In this document: one piece after another, positions 1 through 8,963 of the stretch
Layout: every line of letters begins with the position of its first letter
Position numbering within the stretch: the first letter of the stretch is position 1
Source: an uncultured Actinomycetota bacterium
GTDB lineage: Bacteria > Actinomycetota > Actinomycetes > Streptosporangiales > Streptosporangiaceae
DNA length: 64,000 nucleotides
Direction: 5' to 3'
Assembly (NCBI GenBank): GCA_963756575.1
Contig: CAVWOM010000012.1
Location: forward strand, 142,257-206,256
Notes under the pieces: generated by a model
Told to the model about the DNA's origin: nothing
The model's database searches: none
What the model saw: only the letters and a program-made list of their open reading frames with translations
Translations under genes and position numbers: made by a program

Positions 1-1
1 G

Positions 2-877
2 CCGCGGACCCTGCGCCGCGACGTCGACCGGCTGCGTGAGCTCGGCTACCCGATCCAGGCCCAGCGCGGGGTGGACGGCGGCTACCAGCTGGCCGCCGGC
101 ACCGCGCTGCCGCCGCTGGTGGTGGACGACGAGGAGGCCGTCGCGCTGGCCGTCGGCCTGCAGCTGGTGGCGCAGGGCGCGGCCGGCGGCACCGCGGAGG
201 CCTCGATGCGCGCGCTGGCCAAGGTGATCCAGGTGATGCCCGCCCGGCTGCGCCGCCGGGTCGAGGCGCTCACGGCGGCGACGGTGCCAGCCAGCTGGGG
301 GAATACCGCCCAGGTGGCGGTGGACCCGGTCGTCCTCACCACGGTCGCGCTGGCCTGCCGGGACGCCGAGCGCCTGCGCTTCTCCTACACCGCGGCCGGC
401 GGCGAGCAGAGCGAGCGGCACGTGGAGCCGTACCGCCTGGTCCTGCTCGGCCGCCGCTGGTACCTGGTCTGCTACGACCTGGACCGCCAGGACTGGCGCA
501 GCTTCCGGCTGGACCGCCTGGCCGGGCCGCACGGCACCGGCGCCCGGTTCCGGCCGCGCGAGCTGCCCGCCGGCGACGCCGCCGCCTTCGTCCAGGCCGG
601 CATCGGCAGCGTGACGGCCGTCTACGACGTCGAGGTCCTCGTCGACGCCCCGGCCGCGGCCGTCCGCGAGGGGTACGGCCGGTGGGCCACGGTGGAGGAG
701 GTCAGCGCGACCCGCAGCCGGGTCCGGATGTCGGCCGACCAGCTGGAGTGGCCGATGCTGCTGCTCGGCGGCCTCGGCGCGGACTTCGAGGTGATCTCGC
801 CGCCCGAACTCCTCGACCGGGTCCGCGACTGGGGCCGCCGCTTCACCGCGGCCGGCCTCACGACGCGGGATGGGTGA
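2..877 (+). CDS. WYL domain-containing transcriptional regulator (YafY-like HTH + WYL); 5' end lies outside the window
   Basis: Frame continuous from the window edge. N-terminal RTLRRDVDRLRELGYPI is a DeoR-type HTH remnant, followed by a WYL-like region (RLVLLGRRWYLVCYD). Stop TGA at 875-877. Confidence 0.75.
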   Translation, partial: PRTLRRDVDRLRELGYPIQAQRGVDGGYQLAAGTALPPLVVDDEEAVALAVGLQLVAQGAAGGTAEASMRALAKVIQVMPARLRRRVEALTAATVPASWGNTAQVAVDPVVLTTVALACRDAERLRFSYTAAGGEQSERHVEPYRLVLLGRRWYLVCYDLDRQDWRSFRLDRLAGPHGTGARFRPRELPAGDAAAFVQAGIGSVTAVYDVEVLVDAPAAAVREGYGRWATVEEVSATRSRVRMSADQLEWPMLLLGGLGADFEVISPPELLDRVRDWGRRFTAAGLTTRDG

Positions 878-2878
878 CCTTGCGGGGCGGGGGGGCCTGG
901 CGGTGGCGGACCCGGCCGTTCTCCCGGCCGGTCCGCGGCCGGGCGCCGGACGGGTAGTCCCGCCCCTTCTGGGCGGTGAGGAACGCCCCGAACTCCGCGA
1001 AGGCCTTCTCCTGAGCAGCGTGCAGGAAGCTGAAGTCGGGATCGTTGGCGATCCACTCCCCGGGGCGGTCCATCTCGGACTCGGGGTTGCAGACGGTGAA
1101 CTCCAGGCTGGCGACGACCCGGCCGGTCAGGTCGCGCAGCTCGTCCTCGGTCGCGCCCTCGGCCCGCCGCGCCTGGATGACCGCCGCGTAGGCGCAGGCC
1201 AGGTTGTAGCCGGCCTGCCAGGACCGGGTGCAATACGGCCGGAACACGTGGCGGGTGCGCAGGCTGCTGGTCACCGGCGGCACCCCGCCCTTCGGGCCCT
1301 TGACTCCGGAGATGCCCAGCCGCCAGGCGAGGGGCGAGCCGTCGCCGGTGACGGCGGCCGCGACCCGGATGATCGTCCGGGCCCGGCGCGGCCGCCGGGT
1401 GTCCCGGCGGATCAGCTTCGGGTCGGCCGCCGCCCGGCGCACGGCCACCAGCAGCAGCGCCGCGCACACGCCGTCGTGGAAGGCCTGCCGGTGCCGCTGC
1501 CGCCAGTACGGCTTGAGGATCCCGCGCTCGTCCCGGTGCCAGAACGAGCGCCAGACGACGCTCGGCAGCGACAGGTACCGCCGGATCGCGTGCAGCTCGT
1601 CCCAGGCGGCATCCAGCAGCTCGGCCCGCAAGCCGGGCTGCAGCTCGGTCCCGGCCGCCCCGGCCCGGCTCCGGATGCACAGGCCCGCCTTGATCACGCC
1701 GCACCGGTGCAGGATCTTCAGCGCCTCGCCGAGAATGGGTTCTTCCGCCGCGCTGATCGTGCGGCCCGGCCCGGCGATCATCTCGAGCGACATGGCCAGC
1801 CGGTACCGGCCCCGGTAGAAGTACGGGTACTTGTCCCGGTTGATCGCGTGGATGAGCAGCGCTTCGACGTGCCAGGCCGGTCAGGTCGTAGAGCTGCGCC
1901 AGCTCGTAGCGGGCCACGCCGGCGCACTGGTGGCCCTTCGCCACCCCCTCCAGGACCTGGATCTGCTTTTTCCGTGCCCGGCGGACCAGGCTCTCCGATT
2001 CGGGGTAGTCGCGCACCTGCCGGGCGAGCAGGAGGGCGGCCAGGTCGCGGCCGTCCGTCGCTCCGGTGCACCAGGGCGGGGCCGTCCGGTCCTCGGCGAA
2101 GATGTGCCGGGCGACGTACCCGGCCACCACGGAGGCGGCGTCGTCGAGGTCGCTCGCGGCCAGCGTCTTGGTCGCGAGGCTCGCCCCGGTCCGCGGGTCG
2201 TCGAGGTCGACGGTGACCCGGGTGACGTCGTCGATCCCGGTGTGACCAGGGGTTCGTTCCACCCAGACCTGGACCCGGAGCCGCCGCGGCCCCGGCCACA
2301 GCATCCCGAAGAAGTTGATGATGGCGCCGGCCAGGCCGCCGACGGGGACCCCGCTCGCCTCGGCGATCGACGCCAGCCCGCCGGCCCGGCTGCCGCCCGG
2401 CAAGATGGCCGGTGAGCGCACCTCCACCGCGGGCAGCCGGAACTTGAGCTCGGCGGCGAGCCGGTCGTGCCGCTGCTGGTCCGGCATGGCCGCCTCGTCC
2501 TCGCCCGAGGCGCCGGTCTTCTGGCCGTCGGCCAGCGCCGAGATATCCAGGCTGCGGGCCTGGAAGTGCAGGGCCCAGACTTCGAGCTCGCGGTAGCCGA
2601 TCACGAGCAGGGCGCCGATGACGATCCATCCGGCCTGCCCCGGGTGGGCGCGGAAAAGCGCGGTGGTGAGCGCGTCGGTGCCCCGGCGCGAACGCGCCGG
2701 AAAGGCCGCTGGCCGTCTTACCGGTATGCGTTAAGCCGTACCAGGTGATGTATACAGCCGAGGCTATCGCGACAAATACCGCGACGAGCCGGAGCACGCG
2801 CAGGCTGAAGCGATAACCAACCAGGGTCAGCAGCAAGACCGCCAGCAAGAATGCCGCCCACGCCAGCCATGAATTCAT
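858..2878 (-). pseudogene. Membrane protein split over three reading frames (2878->~2700, ~2717->~1870, 1793->858); product unknown
   Basis: ATG at 2878 opens with two TM helices (MNSWLAWAAFLLAVLLLTLVGY...). The protein-like sequence then continues in frame 0 (AGWIVIGALLVIGYRELEVW...) and, after about 1870, in a third frame (MSLEMIAGPGRTISAAEEP...). Each frame becomes Arg/Pro-rich junk beyond the switch points. Confidence 0.4.
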
Positions 2879-3039
2879 GGATCCCCCTCCCGCTCGGGCC
2901 TCCCGTCCCCACGGCCGGCCCGCTCGGAAAACACCCCGCCCCTTGTTTCTTATCCATGAGACGTTTTAGGCGGGCTATCCGGTGCCGCTGAATATATATC
3001 GAATCGGTCAACTTGGCGATAGGAAATCTGGCGTGCGTG

Positions 3040-4206
3040 TTACCTGGGGGAATCCGGGAAAAGGGCGATGGAGGCGGTGAAGGTGTGCAGGAAGTTCTGG
3101 CCGCCGACTGGTCCGAGTTCCCCCTCGCAGAAGAACCCCGCCACCGGCAGCCCGCCCAGCGTCTCGGTCAGCAGGCCGGCGTCGTGGTCGGGCCCGGCGA
3201 ACATCCGCGAGCCGCGCCCGGTGCAGGTGAACAGCAGGGCCCCCGCCGGCGGCCGGCCGCCGAGCGCGCCGGCCTCCCGCTCCAGCAGCCGCCGCAGGTC
3301 ATCATCGGCCGAACGGGCGTCGCGCACGTGGAACTGCACGGTCTGCCCCACTTCGACCTCGCCCGCCACGGCCATCGCCCCGGACGCGGGATCGGCGCCG
3401 ACGATGCCGCGGACCAGGAAGTCACCCGTCCCGGCCTCGGCCCGGTACTCGTCGATGACCAGGCCCAGGTGCGGCCCGCCCGCCAGCAGTTCCTGCTCGA
3501 GGGCGGGCAGCGTCGCGGCCAGTTCCCGCAGTCGCGTCAGCGGCGGCCGGCCGCCGAGCTCGAAGATCAGGCCGCCGTCGGCCCGGGTGACCGTGTACGG
3601 GTCGCCGACCGGGCGGCAGCCCTGCGCCACCAGGGGATGGACCACGGCCCCGGGCAGGTGGGCGCCGACGGCGCCGCTGGTCAGCACCCGGTCGTCCCGG
3701 AACAGCAGGGTGCGCCGCTGGGCCGCGCCGCCGCTGGCCATCCCGCCCATGACCACCGGCCCGCGCACGTGCTGGTTCAGGTGGGTCATCAGGTCCCCGG
3801 CCGGGAACGTGAACGGGTCGCAGATCATCAGGTGCGTGCCCGCCGGCTCCGGGCCGAACCGGTAACCGCCGAACGCGCCTCCGCTCGCCGTCTGGATGAA
3901 CTCCATCGCGAACGTCTCGACGGCGCCGAGGCTGGCCGCCAGCCACAGCGAGACGGCGGGCCCGGATTCGATCTCACGGGCGCCTCCGGCGACCGCCGAC
4001 GCTACGCAGCCGATCAGCGGCGCCCCGCCGGTCAGCTCGGCCACCGACGCGAGAAGCGCCTGCGCCGAGCCGGAAAAGTGCGGGGTGGCGAACAGCACCG
4101 CGAACGACGGCGGCAGGCCGCCGAGCGGCGCCCGGGCCTCGTCGACCGCACGGCGCGCCGCCTCGCCGGCGTCCGCGGTCAGGACGAGCGAACCTCCCGC
4201 CTTCAC
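3040..4206 (-). CDS. FIST domain-containing signalling protein (FIST-N + FIST-C)
   Basis: Intact 388-aa ORF with typical FIST-family composition, including a Gly-rich core and C-terminal GFFCEGELGP motif. Confidence 0.75.
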   Translation of the reverse strand: MKAGGSLVLTADAGEAARRAVDEARAPLGGLPPSFAVLFATPHFSGSAQALLASVAELTGGAPLIGCVASAVAGGAREIESGPAVSLWLAASLGAVETFAMEFIQTASGGAFGGYRFGPEPAGTHLMICDPFTFPAGDLMTHLNQHVRGPVVMGGMASGGAAQRRTLLFRDDRVLTSGAVGAHLPGAVVHPLVAQGCRPVGDPYTVTRADGGLIFELGGRPPLTRLRELAATLPALEQELLAGGPHLGLVIDEYRAEAGTGDFLVRGIVGADPASGAMAVAGEVEVGQTVQFHVRDARSADDDLRRLLEREAGALGGRPPAGALLFTCTGRGSRMFAGPDHDAGLLTETLGGLPVAGFFCEGELGPVGGQNFLHTFTASIALFPDSPR

Positions 4207-4365
4207 CCGCTCAGGTTAACCCGAGGGTCAAGCTGGCGACCAAGCAATCACTCATGGTGACGATCAGTACGGCCCGGCGGCTGGGTTAATAGCAGCAGGT
4301 CCTGGGAGTTTAACGTTTTTCCCGGTTCCTGCCGCCGGAGCGTCCGTCACGCTAAGTTGATCGGC

Positions 4366-5568
4366 ATGAGAAAGCTCTGGGCGGCTGGCGGTGTTGCCGC
4401 CGTGCTGGCGCTGTCGTCGTGCTCGCCCGGCCACTCCGTCGCCCAGAGCACGGTCGACCCGGCCGCGGCCTCGACCCCGGCCTCGACCGCGGCCGCGGTC
4501 GCCGCGGCCGCGGTCGCCGCGGCCGGGGAAGCCGTCTCGGCCGCGATAGGCGGCCCGGCCACCGTGACCGCCCCGGCCCGGGCGGACGCCCCCGCCCAGG
4601 CGGCCGCCGCGGGCGCGGTGACCATCACCGCCGTCGGCGACACGATGCTCGGCAGCACGCCGGACCTGCCGCCCGATCCGGCGGCGTACCTCGACCCGGT
4701 GAAACCGGTCCTGCGCCAGGGCCAGATCGTCTTCGGCAACCTGGAGGGCACGCTCACCACCGTGACCTCCGGCAAGTGCGGCCGCGGGAGCAAGCCGCAC
4801 CCGGACTGCTTCGCGTTCCGCGACCCGCCGTCCTACGCGCGTGACCTCAGGGCGGCCGGGTTCACCGTCCTGAACGACGCCAACAACCACTCCTTCGACT
4901 TCGGCGCGGCGGGCCAGGCCCAGACCGTCCGGTCCGTCCACGCGGCGGGCCTGGCCCAGACCGGGCTGCCGGGCGAGATCACCACGGTCAAGGCGGGCGG
5001 GGTCAGGGTCGCGTTCGTGGCGTTCGCGCCGTACCCCTACACCGCGAGCCTGCTCGACCTGCCCGCCGCGCGCGCCCTCATCAAGCAGGCCAGGCAGAAG
5101 GCGCAGCTGGTCGTGGTGTACATGCACGCCGGCGCCGAAGGCGCCACCGCCGACCACGTCACCGGCCGGGAGGAGATCTTCCTGGGCGAGGACCGCGGCA
5201 ACCCCGAGGCGTTCGCGCACATGGCGATCGACGCCGGCGCCAGCCTGGTCATCGCGAGCGGCCCGCACGTCCTGCGCGGCCTGCAGTTCTATCAGGGCCA
5301 CCTCATCGCCTACAGCCTGGGGAACTTCGCCGGCTACAGCAACTTCTCCGTCCACGGCACCATGACCATGAGCGCGATCTTGAAGGTAAAGCTGTCCTCG
5401 TCCGGCCGCTTCGAGCAGGCCCGCCTCTACTCCCTCGAGCTGTCCAGCGCCGGCCGCCCCGCCCTCGGCGGCACCGCCGCCACCTTCGTCCGCCAGCTGT
5501 CGACCGCCGACTTCGGCCCCACCGCCGCCCGGATAGCCCCCACCGGCACCATCACCCCACCCCGCTAA
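4366..5568 (+). CDS. CapA family protein (poly-gamma-glutamate synthesis-like metallophosphatase), lipoprotein
   Basis: Lipobox LALSSCS after the start. CapA/PGA_cap motifs present (ITAVGDTMLG, FGNLEGTLT, NHSFDFG, ASGPHVLRG). ATG at 4366; an alternative TTG lies at 4357. Confidence 0.8.
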   Translation: MRKLWAAGGVAAVLALSSCSPGHSVAQSTVDPAAASTPASTAAAVAAAAVAAAGEAVSAAIGGPATVTAPARADAPAQAAAAGAVTITAVGDTMLGSTPDLPPDPAAYLDPVKPVLRQGQIVFGNLEGTLTTVTSGKCGRGSKPHPDCFAFRDPPSYARDLRAAGFTVLNDANNHSFDFGAAGQAQTVRSVHAAGLAQTGLPGEITTVKAGGVRVAFVAFAPYPYTASLLDLPAARALIKQARQKAQLVVVYMHAGAEGATADHVTGREEIFLGEDRGNPEAFAHMAIDAGASLVIASGPHVLRGLQFYQGHLIAYSLGNFAGYSNFSVHGTMTMSAILKVKLSSSGRFEQARLYSLELSSAGRPALGGTAATFVRQLSTADFGPTAARIAPTGTITPPR

Positions 5569-5596
5569 CCACCACCCCGCCCCTCCTCGGCATCAC

Positions 5597-5660
5597 CACC
5601 CCGCCCCGCCCCGCCCCGGCACCGCCACCCCGCCCCGCTAACCCCGCCCCCCGCCTCCCG
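5597..5660. repeat. C-run tract (CCCCG)n directly after the capA stop; the minus strand reads GGGGCGGGGCGGGGCGGGG (G-quadruplex-capable)
   Basis: Direct reading: ccccgccccgccccgcccc ... ccccgccccg ... ccccgcccccc. Confidence 0.6.
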
Positions 5661-5666
5661 CGGAAT

Positions 5667-5720
5667 TCAATGGTTGTGGCAACGTAATGGTTCTACCGGG
5701 TACGTTGCCACAACCATTGA
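5667..5720. repeat. Palindromic hairpin element, copy A (20-bp perfect arms TCAATGGTTGTGGCAACGTA / TACGTTGCCACAACCATTGA, 14-nt loop)
   Basis: Perfect inverted repeat read directly from the sequence. Core CAATGGTTGTGGCAAC recurs at 23275-23330. Sits between convergent capA (+) and GNAT (-). Confidence 0.8.
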
Positions 5721-5750
5721 CCCAGCTTGGGGGTTGAGAGGCGGGAGTGG

Positions 5751-6263
5751 TTAAGGGGTGAGGTCGCGGCGCATGGCGACGCGGGGCCAGCGGTCTAGGC
5801 CCAGGGCGATCTCGTGGGCGCGGATCTCGCGCAGGCCGGGGGTGAGGTCGGCGTCGGCGAGGACGCGGAAGCCGCAGCGTTCGTAGTACGGGCCGTTCCA
5901 CGGGACGTCCGCGAACGTGGTCAGGGTCAGCGCCGGCCGGCCGCCGGCCCGGGCCCGGCCGGCGGCGTGCTCCAGCAGGGCCCGGCCCAGGCCGCGGCGG
6001 GCGGCGGCCGGGGCCGTCGACAGCTGCTCCACGTGCAGGCACCCGTCGAGCGGAACCGCCATAAGGAACGAGGCTGGCTCGTCGCCCTCGTCCGCCGCGA
6101 CCCACAGCCGCCCGGCGCGCTGGCTGTCCGCGAGCTCAGTTATCGTCCGCGGCTCGAACTCGGCGGCCTCCGGCATCCCGATGTCACGGAAGATCTGCCC
6201 CGCGTCCCGGTCGATGTCGCGGAGGCGGGGAACCTCGGCCGCGCGGGCATCCCGGATGAGCAT
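5751..6263 (-). CDS. GNAT family N-acetyltransferase
   Basis: 170-aa ORF with acetyl-CoA-binding motif region (RRGLGRALLEHAAGRARAGG) and GNAT fold signature. Confidence 0.75.
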   Translation of the reverse strand: MLIRDARAAEVPRLRDIDRDAGQIFRDIGMPEAAEFEPRTITELADSQRAGRLWVAADEGDEPASFLMAVPLDGCLHVEQLSTAPAAARRGLGRALLEHAAGRARAGGRPALTLTTFADVPWNGPYYERCGFRVLADADLTPGLREIRAHEIALGLDRWPRVAMRRDLTP

Positions 6264-6288
6264 TTACCCATTGTGGCTCGCGGCCCCG

Positions 6289-7752
6289 CTATCCGGTCAG
6301 GGCCTCTTCCGATACGGCCGTGCGCGGCAGCAGCAGCGACAGGGCGCCGCACAGGACGAACGCGCCCATCGCGTACGGCGCGGTGTGCACCATGGCCGCC
6401 TCGAACGAGTGCCCGTTGAGGTAGCCGAAGAACACCGTGCCGAGCAGCGCCACGCCGAGCGCGCCGCCCAGCTGCTGGGCCGTGCTGAACAGGCCGGACG
6501 CACCGCCCGCGGCCTCGGCCGGGACCGCCGCCAGCACCACGTTGACCAGCGGGATGACCAGCAGGGACAAGCCCATGCCCGCCACCACCAGGCCGGGCAC
6601 GACCAGCCACGGGCTGCCGTTCACCCCGACGTGCGGGGCGGCCAGGGCCTCGCCGCCGATGCCCGCCACCATGAGCAGGGCCCCGATGGCCAGGATGCGC
6701 CGGCCGTGGCGCTGGGCCAGCGGCACCGCCATCGGCGCGAGCACGAAGCTGCCCACGCTGAACGCGACCGCGGTCAGGCCGGCCTTCAGCGGCGAGAAGT
6801 GCTGGCCGGCCTGCAGCCACAGCGCGAAGGCCAGGAAGAACCCCTGCATCCCGCCGAAGAAGGCCAGCTGCAGGCCCAGCCCGGCGGCGAACGCCGGCAC
6901 CCGGAACAGCCCGGCCCGCAGCAGCGGAGCCGTCTTACGGCCCGGCTTCCTCGCCTCGAACAGGCCCAGCGCGCCCAGCCCGGCCACCCCGGCCGCCATC
7001 AGCGGCCACATCCAGGCCGGCCAGCCGAGCTGACGGCCCTCGAGCAGCGGGTAGACGATCGCGACCAGGGAGGCGGCCAGGAGGACGGCACCGGGGACGT
7101 TCGGCCGGCGGGCGCCCGGCTCCCTGGTCTCGGGCACGCAGCGGAGTCCGGCCAGCAGGGCCGCCACGGACACCGGCAGGTTGACGAAGAACACCGAGCG
7201 CCAGCCCCAGCCGAACAGGTTCGCCTCGGTCAGCACCCCGCCCAGGAGCAGCCCCACGGCCGACGCGAAACCGAGCGACGCCCCGTAGACGCCGAACGCC
7301 TTGCCCCGTTCCTTCCCGCTGAATATCACCCGGAAGGTGGCCAGCACCTGCGGCGCCATCGCCGCGGCGGCGGCGCCCTGGAACAGCCGGGCGGTGATCA
7401 GCTCGGCCCCGGTTCCGGCCAGCCCGGCGGCCAGGCTGGCCAGCCCGAACAGCGCGGCACCTGACAGGAACAGGCGCTTGCGCCCGAACAGGTCGCCGAG
7501 GTTCCCGGCGATGATCAGCGCCGCGGCGAACGCCAGCATGTAGCCGGACACCACCCATTCCAGCTGGGTGGCGCTGGCGTGCAGGTCACGGCGGATAGAA
7601 GGGAGCGCCACGTTGACGATCGTCACGTCGATCATGTCCATGAGCGCCCCGGTGATCATGACGACCGCGGCGAGCCAGCGCCGGGGGTAACCGGCCTCGG
7701 CGCCGCGGGCCGGGGCCGCGTGGCCGCCGGTGACGGTCTGACTGGTAGCCAT
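6289..7752 (-). CDS. MFS transporter, DHA2-type drug:H+ antiporter (14 TM)
   Basis: 487 aa. Motif A-like GNLGDLFGRKR, many TM helices. Divergent from a TetR gene. Confidence 0.85.
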   Translation of the reverse strand: MATSQTVTGGHAAPARGAEAGYPRRWLAAVVMITGALMDMIDVTIVNVALPSIRRDLHASATQLEWVVSGYMLAFAAALIIAGNLGDLFGRKRLFLSGAALFGLASLAAGLAGTGAELITARLFQGAAAAAMAPQVLATFRVIFSGKERGKAFGVYGASLGFASAVGLLLGGVLTEANLFGWGWRSVFFVNLPVSVAALLAGLRCVPETREPGARRPNVPGAVLLAASLVAIVYPLLEGRQLGWPAWMWPLMAAGVAGLGALGLFEARKPGRKTAPLLRAGLFRVPAFAAGLGLQLAFFGGMQGFFLAFALWLQAGQHFSPLKAGLTAVAFSVGSFVLAPMAVPLAQRHGRRILAIGALLMVAGIGGEALAAPHVGVNGSPWLVVPGLVVAGMGLSLLVIPLVNVVLAAVPAEAAGGASGLFSTAQQLGGALGVALLGTVFFGYLNGHSFEAAMVHTAPYAMGAFVLCGALSLLLPRTAVSEEALTG

Positions 7753-7876
7753 CTCGACTCCTCTTACTACTCGAACTACGTTTAACTATCGAACGACGTT
7801 CTATCACTCGATCGTTGGTCTAGTCAAACACTGTTCGATAGCTGGTACAGTGTTGGAGAGCTCGTGGGAGGCCTTG

Positions 7877-8602
7877 ATGGCAGAGCCGGAGATTCCGCCG
7901 CCGCCATGGCAGCGGCTGCCGGACCGTTCGGCCCGTAAGCGGCGTGAGCCGATCAGCCGGGACGCCATCGTGGCCGCCGCGATCGGCCTGCTGGACCGCG
8001 AGGGGCTGGCCGCGCTGAGCATGCGGCGGCTGGGCGAGGAGCTCGGGGCCGGCGCCGCGTCGCTGTACTGGCACGTCGGCAGCAAGGATGGCCTGCTCGA
8101 CCTGATCCTCGACGAGATCATCGGCGAGGTCGAGGTGCCCGACCCCGACCCCGCGCGGTGGCAGGAGCAGCTCAAGGAGGCGGCCAGGAGCCAGCGCCGG
8201 GTCAGCCTGCGGCACCCGTACCTGGTGCGCGTCTCGATCGGCCGGATCCCGATGGGGCCGAACGCGCTGCGCACCACCGAGCGCACGCTCGCGCTCCTGC
8301 GCGCGGGCGGCCTCGCGCCGCGCCTGGCCGTGCAGGGCTACCTGCTGCTCATCGACACGGTGAACGGCTTCACCGTGGACGAGACCGGGGTGGAGGACGG
8401 CGGCACCCCGCAGCTCCCCCCGGACGAACGGCAGAAGGCCGCGGACATGGCCCGCGACTACATCGCCTCGCTCCCGGCCGGGCAGTTCCCGAACATGACC
8501 GAGCTGGCCGGCGAGTTCGCCTTCTCCGACCCGGACGAGCGGTTCGAGATCCTGATCGACATCTTCGTCGACGGCCTAGCCCGCCGGGCCGCTGCTTCCT
8601 GA
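7877..8602 (+). CDS. TetR/AcrR family transcriptional regulator
   Basis: N-terminal HTH (ISRDAIVAAAIGLLDREGLAALSMRRLGEELGAGAASLYWHV). ATG at 7877 is preceded by GGGAGG. Stop at 8600-8602. Confidence 0.8.
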   Translation: MAEPEIPPPPWQRLPDRSARKRREPISRDAIVAAAIGLLDREGLAALSMRRLGEELGAGAASLYWHVGSKDGLLDLILDEIIGEVEVPDPDPARWQEQLKEAARSQRRVSLRHPYLVRVSIGRIPMGPNALRTTERTLALLRAGGLAPRLAVQGYLLLIDTVNGFTVDETGVEDGGTPQLPPDERQKAADMARDYIASLPAGQFPNMTELAGEFAFSDPDERFEILIDIFVDGLARRAAAS

Positions 8603-8626
8603 GGTCCCGCCTGCCACAATGGCCTG

Positions 8627-8956
8627 ATGAAGAAGCCCACCGACGTCTCGCGTTACCTCGGCTCCTCCGGGTCGATCATGAGCATCGGCTCGTCCGGGTC
8701 GATCCTGTCGATCGGCTCCACCGGGTCGATCTTGTCGATCGGGTCATCGGGTTCCATCTTGTCGATCGGTTCCGCGGGCTCGGTCCTGTCCCTGGGCTCG
8801 TTCCTCAGCGCCGGTTCGGTGCTCTCGGCGGGCAGCGCCGGCTCGGTCCTGTCCGCGCTGTCCAGCGGCAGCGTCCTGGCCTGGCGCTCCCGCGGTGCCC
8901 GGCGCCGCCACCGTCGCCACCCCGAGCTCCCGCCCGCCATCCCGGCATCGTCATAA
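8627..8956 (+). CDS. Small Gly/Ser-rich tandem-repeat protein (MKKPTDVSRYL + ~5 x GS[STA]GS[IV][LM]S[IL] + degenerate repeats + basic tail); no known family recognised
   Basis: ATG 24 nt after the TetR stop. The stop TAA is 8 nt before the GTG of the downstream oxygenase. Repeat-unit differences are conservative in this frame only, including an AGC<->TCG serine codon-family switch. Confidence 0.5.
   Translation: MKKPTDVSRYLGSSGSIMSIGSSGSILSIGSTGSILSIGSSGSILSIGSAGSVLSLGSFLSAGSVLSAGSAGSVLSALSSGSVLAWRSRGARRRHRRHPELPPAIPASS
8660..8884. repeat. 27-nt imperfect tandem repeat (about 5 clean units, then 36-nt degenerate units) forming the body of the small ORF
   Basis: Units are ggctcctccgggtcgatcatgagcatc / ggctcgtccgggtcgatcctgtcgatc / ggctccaccgggtcgatcttgtcgatc ... 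Not CRISPR: there are no unique spacers. Confidence 0.8.
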
Positions 8957-8963
8957 CCGCCCG

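Noticed and set aside
4207-4365. GGTTAACC / GTTAA-type motifs upstream of capA and the FIST gene as a regulatory site
   Set aside because: Only loose similarity exists between three short AT-rich patches. It is not distinguishable from ordinary promoter AT-richness.
5638-6105. Three ORFs (5638-6105 -, 23070-23309 -, 22627-23442 +) encoding similar peptides (NGCGN..R.ITLPQPL) that span the palindromic elements
   Set aside because: The shared peptide similarity is a by-product of translating the same palindromic DNA repeat. The ORFs are Arg/Pro-rich, overlap real genes antisense, and have no start context.
5917-7464. Long GC-rich ORFs antisense to real genes, such as 5917-7464 +, 10774-12249 -, 23337-25358 +, 61920-63920 -, 622-2604 - and 870-2216 +
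   Set aside because: These are typical high-GC antisense artefacts (Arg/Gly/Pro/His-rich, with no domains). Each is fully explained by a well-supported gene on the opposite strand.
8660-8884. Possibility that the 27-nt tandem array is a CRISPR array
   Set aside because: Units are directly adjacent with no unique spacers and no cas genes, and the array reads as an in-frame protein repeat.
8653-8940. Minus-strand ORF encoding an acidic EPIDKIDP-type repeat protein, antisense to the GS-repeat ORF
   Set aside because: It shares wobble positions with the plus-strand frame, so its high GC3 is uninformative. Its repeat-unit differences are non-conservative (MLM vs IDR), whereas the plus frame shows synonymous and conservative changes. 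The plus ORF has clean start and stop coupling to the neighbouring genes.
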